From positions 1-60,452 of the forward strand of contig MQRK01238235.1 in the NCBI GenBank assembly GCA_001938485.1: a DNA stretch of 60,452 nt. The letters are read 5' to 3'. The DNA is from Girardia tigrina (lineage: Eukaryota). The translations under genes were made by a program, and so were the position numbers. Shown here piece by piece: positions 24,522-37,186 of this stretch; the first letter of the stretch is position 1, and the number at the start of each line of letters is the position of its first letter. The notes beneath the pieces were generated by a model that did not search any database, had not been told where the DNA came from, and saw only the letters and a list, made by a program, of their open reading frames with translations.

Positions 24522-26389
24522 TCTTTTATATTTATTATACCACTTCCAGGTATTTTCATTTAAGCAATAGCACTGTCCAGATAAGATGATGCGTTTTCAG
24601 GTTAAGCTGTAGTAGTTTTCAAAGGCGGCAATAAAATAACGTTTACGCTGAAGGATTGACTGTACTTGTGCTTTTCTGCAATTAAATTGCTGATCAAGTT
24701 GTCTTTAACTATGTCCCTCCTCATCATATTGCTTGATCAAGTTTATTTTGTCATGTAGAGTTAATTCTCATCTTTTATTCATTTGTATAAAAATGTGGCT
24801 CACAAAATCTAAGCACTTATAAAAAATGATTAAATGCTATGTTGAATTTTTGTTGAAAGAGAGAGAGACAAACAGCAGGAACTGTGCAGCCCCTGTTTAT
24901 GAATTCACCCTCTTTATACTACAATGAGCAGAGGTCCCGCACATTTTAAATACTTTCTCTGTATCATGACACACCTTATCAACAAACCCTCATGTACACT
25001 TGTCTGATGATTGTTAATATCTTGTAACAATAAATCTATTTTGTTTAATTATAAAATATAAAATTTTTAACAATTATTTTCATGATGATTTTATGTTGAG
25101 TAATGTAAAAAGGTTTTCTTTAGGTTCCAAATTTTTTTATTAGTTAACAACAATAAGGGGTCATAATAAACAGGTAATTTTTAATCGCGGTCTCTCAAAA
25201 GGGTCGTCGGAATACATATTAGACAAGTGGTCGGAATGGCTATGTAAAATACAGTGGAGAAACTTCCGGTCTCAAAATTTGTGGTCTGAAAAGACAGGTT
25301 GTTGGGGAAACCGTGGCTCAACTCCACAAACCCCATGAATTATAAGCACTCGATTCACTTTGAATTTGAAAATCTCTAGAACTATATACTTTTTCAAAAC
25401 TCGAAGACCTGGTTTATAACAATATTTTTTATTTTAATCAGAAAAAATTGTTAATTGTGACGACATTTTTTTCTCAGATAGAGATATTCACACATGCACA
25501 CAATTTCTCCAATCATAATTTAACACACATTTATACATGCATTTAACACGTTTTTTCACGCCCACATTCACAGACATATTTACACATGCAATACATATCA
25601 CACACATACTAATTTTTATCAGCCCAAATAAACAAATAAAAAAAACAACAAAGAAAATCACGTGATCACCATTATGTGATTTCTCAAAAACACAAAATTA
25701 GTCAATATTCTGGTCTGAGATATAACGTTTACCTATTTTTTAATTATTTAATATTTAAAATTTTTTAATTATTTATTTTAAATTATTTAATTATTTTCGC
25801 TTTATTATTTAATTTACCTATTTATTTATTGCATTTATTAATGGCAAATATATATTCGGTCAAACCAAGATAAATTTCCGCTCCACAGGTCGTCACTTTA
25901 TTCAGGTGGTATGAAGAAGTGGTTATTTTCATATATAAGTAACTTAAATGAAATAATTATAATTAAATTTCAATATTTTTTAATTTTGATAAATTTATAT
26001 TTGTTTCAAATTCTCATTGATTTTTTATGTATAAATTATTCAAACCTAAAATAAATTAAAATCCTTTTTTAAAAAAATTTCCTCGGCTTTTAAATAAAAA
26101 TGAAATATTTTTCCTTTAAAGAAAGTGTTATTAATTATTTACAAATTTTATATTTTATGATTTAGAAAAATAAATGAAGTTTTATGAATTGAGAATTCAT
26201 TTTTGTTAAAGAAAGAATATTTTATTTTTTTGATTCTAAAATATTTCAGAATTTATTTTTAAAAAGTTTTTAAAATTCGACATAAATTATAAAATAACAG
26301 ACATATAAAAAAATAAGTTTCGATTTTTTAGTCGAAAATAAATAAAAACATTTTTATTCCAACATTTAATTTTCAGTATAAATGTTACT

Positions 26390-27895
26390 GTTAAGAATAT
26401 TTTTGAATGGTGTTTATTATATGTTATTTTAAGATTGTTTCTCCCACCCAGATGGAAGATTAATATTTTAAATATTTTAAAACGAGGAATTATTTATTCA
26501 ATTTTAAAATTTAAATAACTAACTTTAAAATAAAATTAATATATAAAGAATATATTTAAAATATATTTTTAAAATAATTAAAATTATTTTGTAATTTAAA
26601 TTATAAATTATTTTGAAATTGAATTTTAAAAAAATTGTAATTTAAATTTTTTTGAAGAATAAGACATTTGAAAGAGAAGTAAAAATTTGTCAATCAAGAA
26701 CGATGATTAGTTAAAAGGATCTGTCAAGAATAGTCCTTTTGGCAATTCAAATTGTGATATCAATAAATGTTTTGAAAATCCAATTGTGTTCTTAATATGG
26801 CAACCAACGACCATGTGGCTCCAAAAATCAGAGGTTCAGAGATATTCGACGGATCTGAGTCAAAAGTAGAAGAATTCTTAAAGAGCTTCGGCAGATATGC
26901 AAAGATCATGGAATTTTCAGTATAAAGAAGAGTCTTGCTGGTGACAGTATTCATGACAAGACCATGAAACCAAGAAATAATAATAGAAGAAACAAAGAGA
27001 AATTTCAAAACGAGAATAATTTCTTGTTGGGCCTGCCATGAAGAAAGTCATGAAAGAATGTCGAAACATTAAATGCAACAACTGTAAGAGGAAAGAACAA
27101 GTAAGAACACAGTTTTATGAAAATCCGAATAGATCCTGAGAATGGGAGCAACGGAAACGAGACAACTGAAAGATTGGAAGAGATGACAGAAGAAATTATT
27201 CGATTGTGAAATCTGGAGTGCGAAGGACAAAGACAAGTAGAAAATATCCAGTGGTTGAATTAGAAGAACAAGATGGGACAAAAGGTCCGAAAAAAATAGA
27301 TAGAAGTGAAGATGTGACAAGAAGAGATTACTTCATAAAAATCAAAACAGCATTCTCAAAAAAGAATGACCAATACAGTTTCAAGAGAATGTCTTTCGGA
27401 ATTGCGGCGGCACCAGCAGAGTTCCAGAAAGTAATGGTAAAGGTTTTGGGTGAATTAAGCTGGATAGAGGCAATTATGTATTTGGAAGATATTCTGATTT
27501 TTGCAAAAGATAACAAAGAACACCTCAAACGAATTGAACATGTATTTAATAAAATGAAAAAAACGGGTCTAATAATAAACCCGAAGAAATGCCACTTCTT
27601 GGTTGAAAAGACAATTTTTCTGGTCTGTTTAACCAGACAAAAATCGATGTGATTTGCAAGATTCAGAACCGTTCACGTGTTAAGCACTTTAGAAGTTTTT
27701 TTTGGGTTTAACAAACTATTACAGAAAATTTCTTAAAGATTACGCAAAATATTCAAAAGTATTGGAAAGGCTGTGTGGAAAGAATAAAGATAAGAAATAA
27801 TATATACGGAAGAATGTATCGAGGCGTTTCAAAAATTTAAAAAATGATCAAAACACCAATACTAGCATACCCATATTTTGAAAATGAGTTCATAC
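26390..27895 (+). mobile_element. Gypsy remnant: family A LTR end, PBS, gag start and RT/RNase H fragments
   Basis: LTR end TTCTTAATA at 26797 followed by TGGCAACC. Gag reads MATNDHVAPKIRGSEIFDGSESKVEEFLKSFGRYAKIM, with a CWAC knuckle remnant. RT reads RMSFGIAAAPAEFQ...YLEDILIF, followed by TPILAYP. Confidence 0.85.
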
Positions 27896-28979
27896 TGTTA
27901 TGTATTTTTAATTTTATTTATTTTTTCTATCTATAAAGAATGTTTTTTTAATTTAACACATAAAAAGAACACTTTTCGAAGAAGTTCAGAATTTTTCGAA
28001 ATGCATATCTAATGATAGAAAAAAATTCGAAATAATTTATCAAAGTTGACAAATTATCTTTTTAAGTTAAAAAAGAGTACTTACCACCATCGTGACCCCA
28101 TTTCTGTTTTGAATTTTATCATTTATGGAGGATTTTGTAACTTTTATACAAATTTAAATACAGTAAAATCTCGATAATTTGTACATTCTATAAAGTGCAC
28201 ACTTTTGAATTTGTTGAATGAATTCGGTTAATTAAACATTCAATTAAATTTAGCTATTTATTAATGAACTATTTTTCAAAAATCACTTCAGGGTAAGCCG
28301 ATGTGTGGCATTGTTGATATGATCAGTAGCAACCGAGTTGTGGAAAAATCAAACCCAACTCAGACGGTTGCTTACCGCCAAGGACATGATATTTGACGAA
28401 AAGGTCACCAATTTGAACCACTGAGTGAATCAGCATCAGGAACATCAACCCCATCATTATATCTTCCGGTATTTGCACGGCATTTGCATGGGTCCCAAAA
28501 GTCTGAAATAACAAGTCGGTAATTTTTGCAACGAATATCATTCGACAAACATTAATTATTTTAAGACAATGAAATTCCGAGTAAAACGCAAATTATATTT
28601 TCATCAAATCAATTTTATTATTTCCACTGAAATTGGGTTTTTTAATAAATAATATTTTACTAATATAAATTTCTTTTTTTAAAATATGCTTATTTTTTTA
28701 AATTCTTGCTGTTGACCCCCTACCTTTTAGGATTTCCATAGTCCGAACGCAATAAAATCAAAAGGTAATTTTAAAATGATATATTCGCACATTGTCGAGA
28801 GTCGTTTGCTAAATCAATACATCCAAATTTGAACTCACAAAAGGTTTTCTTAACCGACAATACATTTGGTTGATATCTATGAATCAAAAACATCTTTACT
28901 TTGTTGTTTTCATACGTAATTTTGCAATTATCAAAATATTTCTGTCATCTGTTGGGTAAAGCATTGTTTTTAAGAAACA

Positions 28980-29302
28980 ACTAGTAAATCAAAAAATTAA
29001 ATTTTTATATCCATTCTTTGTGCCAACAGAAATCTACTTTGCCAACTATGTTTTAATTAAAAAAATAATTAAAAAAACATAAAAAAATTAATATAAACTA
29101 CTTAAAATTTATTAGTAGATCTTTTTAAATTAATATTGTTCAGAAACGCCGAATTTTCCGTTTTTTTTAATTTTGGGACCTTAAAAAGATTTTTTATCAA
29201 ATTTTTACACAATCTTTTATTGTCATAGAGAATGAGTAAGTGTACAAAGTTTGAAGAAAATCGATTGAGTAAAACCTTAAAAACTAGGTTTCTAAATTCA
29301 TG
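28980..29302. repeat. Terminus of an unclassified DNA element ending in CATG beside a TA-rich tract
   Basis: 29090-29302 is an inverted homologue of 53289-53505. 28980-29050 is a direct homologue of 53562-53630. Confidence 0.6.
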
Positions 29303-30008
29303 TATATATGTATATATTTAAAATAAAATTAATATATAAATAATATATTTAAAATATTTTTTAAAATAATTAATATTATTATGTAATTTAAAATATAATA
29401 TAAAATATAAATATATATATATNNNNNNNNNNNNNNNNNNNNNNNNNNNNNNNNNNNNNNNNNNNNNNNNNNNNNNNNNNNNNNNNNNNNNNNNNNNNNN
29501 NNNNNNNNNNNNNNNNNNNNNNNNNNNATATATATATATATATATATATGAATATAAAGTAAGCTAATAAAAAAGAATTAAAAAAGCCAGCAATTGTCAC
29601 AGTCAATTTAAATAACTACAGCAAAATAATTTCTGAAAAGATGATATTAGTTGAAATATTTGAGACAACCAAGCCTTAACGAAGCCATCTAGAACTAGTA
29701 GCAAAATTTATTTAATTGTTAAAAGTTGCTTTTATGAACTCAAAACCATTTGAATAGATACGCGTTCAACATTTTTTGTGATATTTTCTTTTCCTGTTTT
29801 GGCTTCAATCTTTCATAAATAATAATTCTTTCTTGGTCATAATTATAAACAATCTTTCCGAAAGTTTGGGATCAAAACTGAATTTTGCTGCTAGTTTTAA
29901 ATTAGTTCTAAATAATCAAGCATCTAAAGATTTGATCTAATACTATATGTTAAATTCAGATAACGCTGGTTAAATTTAGGGAGTATTGTTGTCATAAAAG
30001 TGTGTTTA

Positions 30009-31177
30009 GGTAGTCATAAAAGTTGATGCAAGTCTAATATTGTTCATATATGACAAAAAAGTTTGTTTAAACTGCGGTAATACCCCCGCCAATTCAATTT
30101 TTGCTGGCATAATATGCACATTGTGCATATATTCCAAAAATGCACTATGTATCGATTTTTTCAAAAATGTTGATATGGAATATGAGTATTCATGTATATG
30201 TTACTATACATGTTGTGGTGATATCATTCCTCACCACATTCAGTAATATTGAACTCCAATGATGTCAAATCTTATGACATAACTAGAGTTCAAATTCCGG
30301 TGATTTCATATGTCATGACATCACCGGAATGTGCAATTGCAAGGTCAATTTCAATTGCATGAACTGACCCCAAAGCATATTATATAATATTGCCTTCATA
30401 TAAAAGGGGGAGATTTCCAAATTTAAATGGTTATTGTACCCAATCTATATTTAATTTAAATATATTTTTATTAGCCGAATTTGTGTTCTTTACACATGTG
30501 TTCAAACAGGTTTTTCATATTTTGCTTGTTTTGCCCTATATAATTGGGCATTCAGCCCCACTTTACACTATAATACATAACATAGCAATAATGCACTAAG
30601 TATTGATTTTTTCAAAAATCTAAAATCATATTTCGACTATTGATCTATAGGTTCCTATACATGTGTTCAAACAGAATTTCGATATCTTACTACCTTGGGC
30701 CTCTATACCATATGAGAGTTCAGTCCCACTTTATACTATATTTTATAAAAAACATGAATATATAGCAATTTGCACAATTGTGAACTTATTGATTTTGCAC
30801 ACTTGAAATAACCCTAGGTAGGCTGCACATGTGAAGTATTGATTAGGACATGTGCATTATATATTTTGAAAAAAATCAATATTGATATTTTGTGTATTAT
30901 AGTGTAAAGTGGTGTTGAATGCTCATAGGTTATTGAGGGCGAAGCAAGCAAAATATGAAAAATCTGTTTGAACACATGTATAGTAACTCATATATGAATA
31001 ATGAGATTCCATATCAACATTTTTGAAAAAATCGATACCTAGTGCTTTTTCGAATATATGCACAATGTGCATATTATGCCAGCAAAAATAGAATTGACGA
31101 GGTATAAGCGCAGTTTAAACAAACTTTTTTGTCATATATGAACAATTTTAGACTTGCATCAACTTTTTATGACTACC
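30009..31177. mobile_element. Foldback-like non-autonomous DNA transposon with about 320-bp inverted arms
   Basis: Termini GGTAGTCATAAAA and TTTTATGACTACC. The left arm (30009-30213 plus 30495-30620) mirrors 30860-31177. Internal repeat units of about 165 bp begin TACATGTGTTCAAACAG. Confidence 0.85.
30214..30494 (+). mobile_element. Solo LTR (281 bp) with 5-bp TSD
   Basis: TGT...ACA termini, flanked by CATGT at 30209-30213 and 30495-30499. The empty site TATACATGTGTTCAAACAG is present at 30657 and in the opposite arm. TATAAAA at about 30399. Confidence 0.85.
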
Positions 31178-31215
31178 GAAAATGGAAATTAAAGATTTTT
31201 TCCATTCATGATAAA

Positions 31216-31257
<42 letters not shown>

Positions 31258-31568
31258 AAATACATGACATAAACAATTAAGGATTGTAAACAAAGTGCAT
31301 GTTAAAGAAAACTGAGAGAGGACTGAGTAATAAAAATACAGTAGAGCATTTACAATACAAAAGATAAATAAACTTGCACTGTGTAAGATGAAGTATCTTT
31401 TGAAGGAGTTGGACGAAATTATAATCAGTTGTAAAAATTAAACTAGGTTACTAACAAAGTGCATAATTTAGCTCTACAGAAGAACCAGTAATGAAGGATA
31501 TCGCATACCCAATTAGAAGCACCGCGAACCCTGCACCAAAAGTCATTGATTTTCAGAAAAGAATGTTA

Positions 31569-32850
31569 CGAGGGCGGGTCAATAAGTCCGTGACTTTTGG
31601 AATAAAACACAGATTTTTTGATAAATAAATCATTTTATTTTTCAACGTAGTCTCCCTTGAGCTCTATACACTTTGTCCAACNNNNNNNNNNNNNNNNNNN
31701 NNNNNNNNNNNNNNNNNNNNNNNNNNNNNNNNNNNNNNNNNNNNNNNNNNNNNNNNNNNNNNNNNNNNNNNNNNNNNNNNNNNNNNNNNNNNNNNNNNNN
31801 NNNNNNNNNNNNNNNNNNNNNNNNNNNNNNNNNNNNNNNNNNNNNNNNNNNNNNNNNNNNNNNNNNNNNNNNNNNNNNNNNNNNNNNNNNNNNNNNNNNN
31901 NNNNNNNNNNNNNNNNNNNNNNNNNNNNNNNNNNNNNNNNNNNNNNNNNNNNNNNNNNNNNNNNNNNNNNNNNNNNNNNNNNNNNNNNNNNNNNNNNNNN
32001 NNNNNNNNNNNNNNNNNNNNNNNNNNNNNNNNNNNNNNNNNNNNNNNNNNNNNNNNNNNNNNNNNNNNNNNNNNNNNNNNNNNNNNNNNNNNNNNNNNNN
32101 NNNNNNNNNNNNNNNNNNNNNNNNNNNNNNNNNNNNNNNNNNNNNNNNNNNNNNNNNNNNNNNNNNNNNNNNNNNNNNNNNNNNNNNNNNNNNNNNNNNN
32201 NNNNNNNNNNNNNNNNNNNNNNNNNNNNNNNNNNNNNNNNNNNNNNNNNNNNNNNNNNNNNNNNNNNNNNNNNNNNNNNNNNNNNNNNNNNNNNNNNNNN
32301 NNNNNNNNNNNNNNNNNNNNNNNNNNNNNNNNNNNNNNNNNNNNNNNNNNNNNNNNNNNNNNNNNNNNNNNNNNNNNNNNNNNNNNNNNNNNNNNNNNNN
32401 NNNNNNNNNNNNNNNNNNNNNNNNNNNNNNNNNNNNNNNNNNNNNNNNNNNNNNNNNNNNNNNNNNNNNNNNNNNNNNNNNNNNNNNNNNNNNNNNNNNN
32501 NNNNNNNNNNNNNNNNNNNNNNNNNNNNNNNNNNNNNNNNNNNNNNNNNNNNNNNNNNNNNNNNNNNNAGAGTCCCCATAGTATTTATCAAGCTTAGCCT
32601 TGGTCTCGGTAATGGTTTTTTTTCGCAAAAAATAATGCTTAATAAGCACACGAAATTCACTTTTTTCCATTTTCTCTTCAAATTACTAGGTAGTCTGATA
32701 AAGATAGCTGTGACACACAAACTAAATGACTCAGCAAGTTAAAATTTTTGAGAGGAGTCAACTGACTCATGCCTGTTGACAGGAGCAGTGTTGCTTTTCA
32801 GTAACGAGGTCAGAAATTCAAAAAGTCACGGACTTATTGACCCACCCTCG
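31569..32850 (-). mobile_element. Full-length mariner, irritans (Himar1)-like, interior in an N gap
   Basis: TA-flanked TIRs CGAGGGYGGGTCAATAAGTCCGTGACTTTTG. ORF ends read MEKSEFRVLIKHYFLRKKTITETKAKLDKYYGDS and WTKCIELKGDYVEK. Confidence 0.93.
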
Positions 32851-35619
32851 TATATTATCATTTATGATAATATTTATTTTTGTAATTATAAAATATTTTG
32901 TAAAAAACTTTAATCTTATTTCAACTAAGAATATACCAAAATTTTTTTAAAATTATAATTTTTGCTCAAAATTAAATATTTTTTTGTATTTAAATCAAGT
33001 AAAATATTATTTGAAATTTCATGGCTGATTGTTAAAGTGATTGGTCTCCTCAAAGAAGAACTGAAAATCGGCGCCTTTTATTTTTATACTTATGTTATTC
33101 TTTCTTAGGCTTTGATCTGAGTAGCTAATTAACGCCTAAACGATTTGTTCGAAAGTTGAAAGCAAGAGCAACACTGCTCATATGAAAGAAAGGTTGCAAA
33201 ACATAATTAAATATGGTAGGAATAGGATGGAGAGGAAAATATCTCGTTTACTCTTGACAACAACCTGTGTGTTTTCGGATAGAAGAAACATCAGTGGAAA
33301 TTTTAAACAATTCCATTGGCAAATAAATTTTTGTATTGTTTCAGTAAAAATTGTATCGCTCTTTGATAGGAAAAAGTATATTTAAAACATACAAGTTTTG
33401 GGGGACATATAACGATAAGTTTTTTTTCTATTTTTTGTTTTAAATTTTATTTTAGTATACTTTTACAATAATATCGCAAAGAAATTATGAAAATATTCTT
33501 TTCTTTTCATTCTTAAAACATATCCAACTTTTTTCGGAAATTTAATTTTCATTTTTACCTTTTAATATAAACTATAATTATCTTTTATATTTTGTTTGTT
33601 TATTAAGAAGATGTATTTGTTATATTAGGTCTTCAAATATGAAATTTACATGACTTAAGTCAAAGTTTACTGATAATTTACCAATATAAATATTTATGTC
33701 ATTCATCAAAGTAAGTACACATATTATCGATACACTTTTGCCATTTGAGCGGCTACTTGTTGAGGCCATTTGAATAAAAATTTGGTGCGTGAGAATTTCT
33801 AAATTCCTGTGTAAGTAGCGTTAATGCCACTTTCATCATTAACAGATTCAATGCTCATAACTCAATATAAAAATGTTTATTAATGAACATTGAGCACTGA
33901 GCTTAAACAAAAGGGTAGTTACAGAGAGATTGAACAACACACTTTATTTTATTTTTAAATGTTTATTTATTTTAGGAGGGTAAGGCATTAATTTATTTTA
34001 AATTTTTATTTTACAAATATTTTCAGTTTCAGAACCTTAACAAATGTGATGAATTTTATATACACTGTCATCTTGGCGAAGAGAACCAAATATTCAAGGA
34101 TAATCTTCTTTACCAAATTCAGGTTATCATTGTATAAAAATTGTTTTGAATAAACTTTTTCAATGTATAATCAATTTCTTATAAATGATAATTTGCAGAA
34201 ATAATAACTAGGTGTAGTTTGAAAACTAAATAAACAACTTAAAATTTTGATTTTTATTTATAAATAATATTGTTTTTAAAACTGTTACAGCTGAAAAAAA
34301 AGATTACAGTTTGTATGAAAATATTGTCTTTTATTTTGGTTTTTTTCGGTTAGCTATGATAAAATCTAACTTACCTTTAATTAAAAAATAAGTCATCATC
34401 ATATGATATTATACATTTCTATACATTGTCTACATTTAAAGAGTCTACTATAAAATAGAGGTTATACAGCGAATTTGAAACGAAAAAAAACACACTTGAA
34501 TAGAATGAAGCTAAAGACATTTTTCGAATGACTAGTGAGGCAAAAAACAGATAAAGTTTTACGTGACAAGTTTTACGGTATTGAGTTTAGCCATAAAGGA
34601 GTCTTGGGGCATCAACGACTTTCAATGAAGAGATTATTTGATTATTAATTCTTCCATAAATTAGCATTTTGTTTAATGTTTTATGAAAAAATCAAAATAT
34701 GGAAAATATCTTCATTGTACGTAATTTTATGTACAAAAAACTAAAAGATGTTATATTTTATTAAAATATGACGCTAGTTGAAAAATAAAGTATTAGAAAC
34801 TAGTCTTTTAGAAACATTCCAACCCTTCTTAGTCTTAAAATTCTTATAAAAAATATTTATATACAATTTTAAATAAATCATTGAGACTTTATCTATTCTT
34901 TCGAGAAGTAGTTTAGCTTAGTTTAAAATTGTAAAGAGAAATAAAACCTTCAATAATGTAAGTGTTCCTTTTCATATTTAGGTAGTGCTTGTCTTTTTTG
35001 GTATATATATATGTATATGTAATTTTTTATAAATTTACGACTACCATGTCAATTGAGATTATCAATATGTATTTCATAGAATGTCGGATATACTAGGGAA
35101 ACTCACAGGACTAGAATGTTTGTGTCTCATGAAAACAAATTGATTTTTACATGTAATAATTTGAAATCGAATACTTGTACAATCAAATGAATAATATAAA
35201 ACTATAAAAAATTTTCAATCAAAAGTAAGAATGAGATAGATATATTAATAAGTATGAGATTTCCAAATAATACAAAACACAATTTACAATAGACACCATT
35301 TGCAAATGTTCCTCACAACCATGTATCTTTCTAATTGATAATAATACTCTGTAAAATTTCAAACTTCAATGATTCAATCATCCAAACAATACTACCTTAC
35401 TGGTGGTTAATCCAAAAACCTAAAAATAAGTTCGCTTTTTATGTTTTAGTTATTACTTGACTATCCTTTCATATTTTACAATAATACATCTCGTTTTCAT
35501 TATATAATATTCTTCATTTGTGATCAGTTATCCTATATCATATATTTATATAATATATAAATATATAATATGAAATAATAAAAATTATGATATATATTAT
35601 GTATTATATGTTATATATT

Positions 35620-36436
35620 GTCAATATCAAGCAAATGTGATGATGAATCGATCCGACCTCGATAACCGTCTCAACCAGAACACACAAAATCACTTTCTTA
35701 TCCATGCGACCATGACGAACAACTTACTGAGTTGGTTTATCATGCTGAAGCCACTTCTTACCTCTACTAGAATTACATAAGAAAATTCATTTTCCATTTC
35801 CTATAATAATTCACTTCCAAAAACGGTTGTTTCTGCGATGATTGAGTAGTTCGCATCAAAGATCAATTCGTCACTGGGCTTCATTATTTGTCAATTCGTG
35901 GGGAAATCGGAGTTGATTTTTATTTACCAAATCCAAGTTATGCAGATGACGAACACTGTTGCTTTGAGAATAACCGAGCTCCTTTGAGAGCCTGCTGGTG
36001 CTAATGCAAGGTTGTTGCTCTACCGTGGTACGAAATTCCTCTTTGTTCAACCCTGATGGTCGACCTGAACGTTTCCGATTTTCAAGGCTAGTATCTTCCT
36101 AAATAAAACGACGAAAACATCACTGAGCTGTATTTTCCTTGATTACGTCATTGCCTTCCCCGTCGTTCATTTCTTGATTCGCAGCTGTTGCTGTGAGGCC
36201 TTTTTTCCAATTATGTCGTAATACGATACTAATTACCGTTTTGTTTAATCATTCTAAAATGTAAAAAAATAGGAGAATGAAGTTTAAAGATTTAACTTTT
36301 AAAATGTAGTTTGATTCACCTTTTTATGGGATTTAGAATGATAGCAAGTGTTAATCATAAATGTCAGACTTAAATGATCTAGTAAAACAAAAACATTAAT
36401 TTACTAAAAACATGAATAACTTTTGACTGAACCTGT
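35620..36436 (-). mobile_element. Degenerate mariner, related to 55590-56766
   Basis: Remnant IVLRHNWKKGLTATAA...ENRKRSGRPS. One terminus reads TA-ACAGGTTCAGTCAAAAG on the minus strand. Confidence 0.75.
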
Positions 36437-37186
36437 TATTATTCAAATGATTTAAAAAATCTTTGTGTGATTCATGAAAATTCAAGTGAAAAAAGATTTA
36501 TGTTATAGATAAAATGCAATAACAAACTTTCCATGATCTGATCTGATCATCTAATAATGAATATGTATAATAAATATGATACTTGTATGAAACAAATTAA
36601 AAACATTTAAATAAATCAAACATAGGCTGCTAGTGTCAATGATAAAAATGTGTTGATTTCATAATATGGTGCCTTACATAAGACATTGGTGGAAGGGTTA
36701 TTTATTCATAAATTTAAGAAGTCCAGAATACGCTTCCTAAGTCATTAAATATTTTCTTCAAATTAGGCAGTATTGATAAATAATTCTATCTCATTTTATA
36801 ATTGTCCAGAACTATATATAATAAAATAATATGAAAAATTGGGAATTTAAAATTATGTTATTTAATTTTGAATACATATTTTAATTCTACTGGGAGACTG
36901 AAATAAATTTGTAAAAGTAAATCAGACTTTTTTTATCTGTTTCCCTTTGAAATATGAATAAATTGATAGAAAATGTCTTAAAATATACAAAAAATATCTT
37001 TGACTAAAATCAAAAAAAAGAGTAAAACAGTTGAAAATAAAAAGAAAAAAGAAATCTTAACTTACACCCAAAAATAAATTATTAGAAAAATGTGGATACA
37101 CCCATTTCGATATTTTAAATTCTTTTTAAAGATCTCGGAAAATAGTAGTTAAATGAAGAATTAAGTATGTAATAATAATAAACATA

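Noticed and set aside
25003-25030. Other CTGATGA hits (about 2663, 20225, 25004, 42445, 52661) as hammerheads
   Set aside because: No stem II followed by GAAA was seen, and none is in a PLE context.
28160-28200. Tigger-like terminus TA-CAGTAAAATCTCGATAA
   Set aside because: No partner TIR or transposase was found nearby.
28740-28960. LINE RT fragment (IDLA..LD-like)
   Set aside because: A single weak frameshifted motif is insufficient.
31635-32742. Long ORFs spanning N runs (also 1681-2080, 12153-12857, 14468-14738, 40560-41651)
   Set aside because: Their length is an artefact of X codons. Only the flanking transposase ends are informative.
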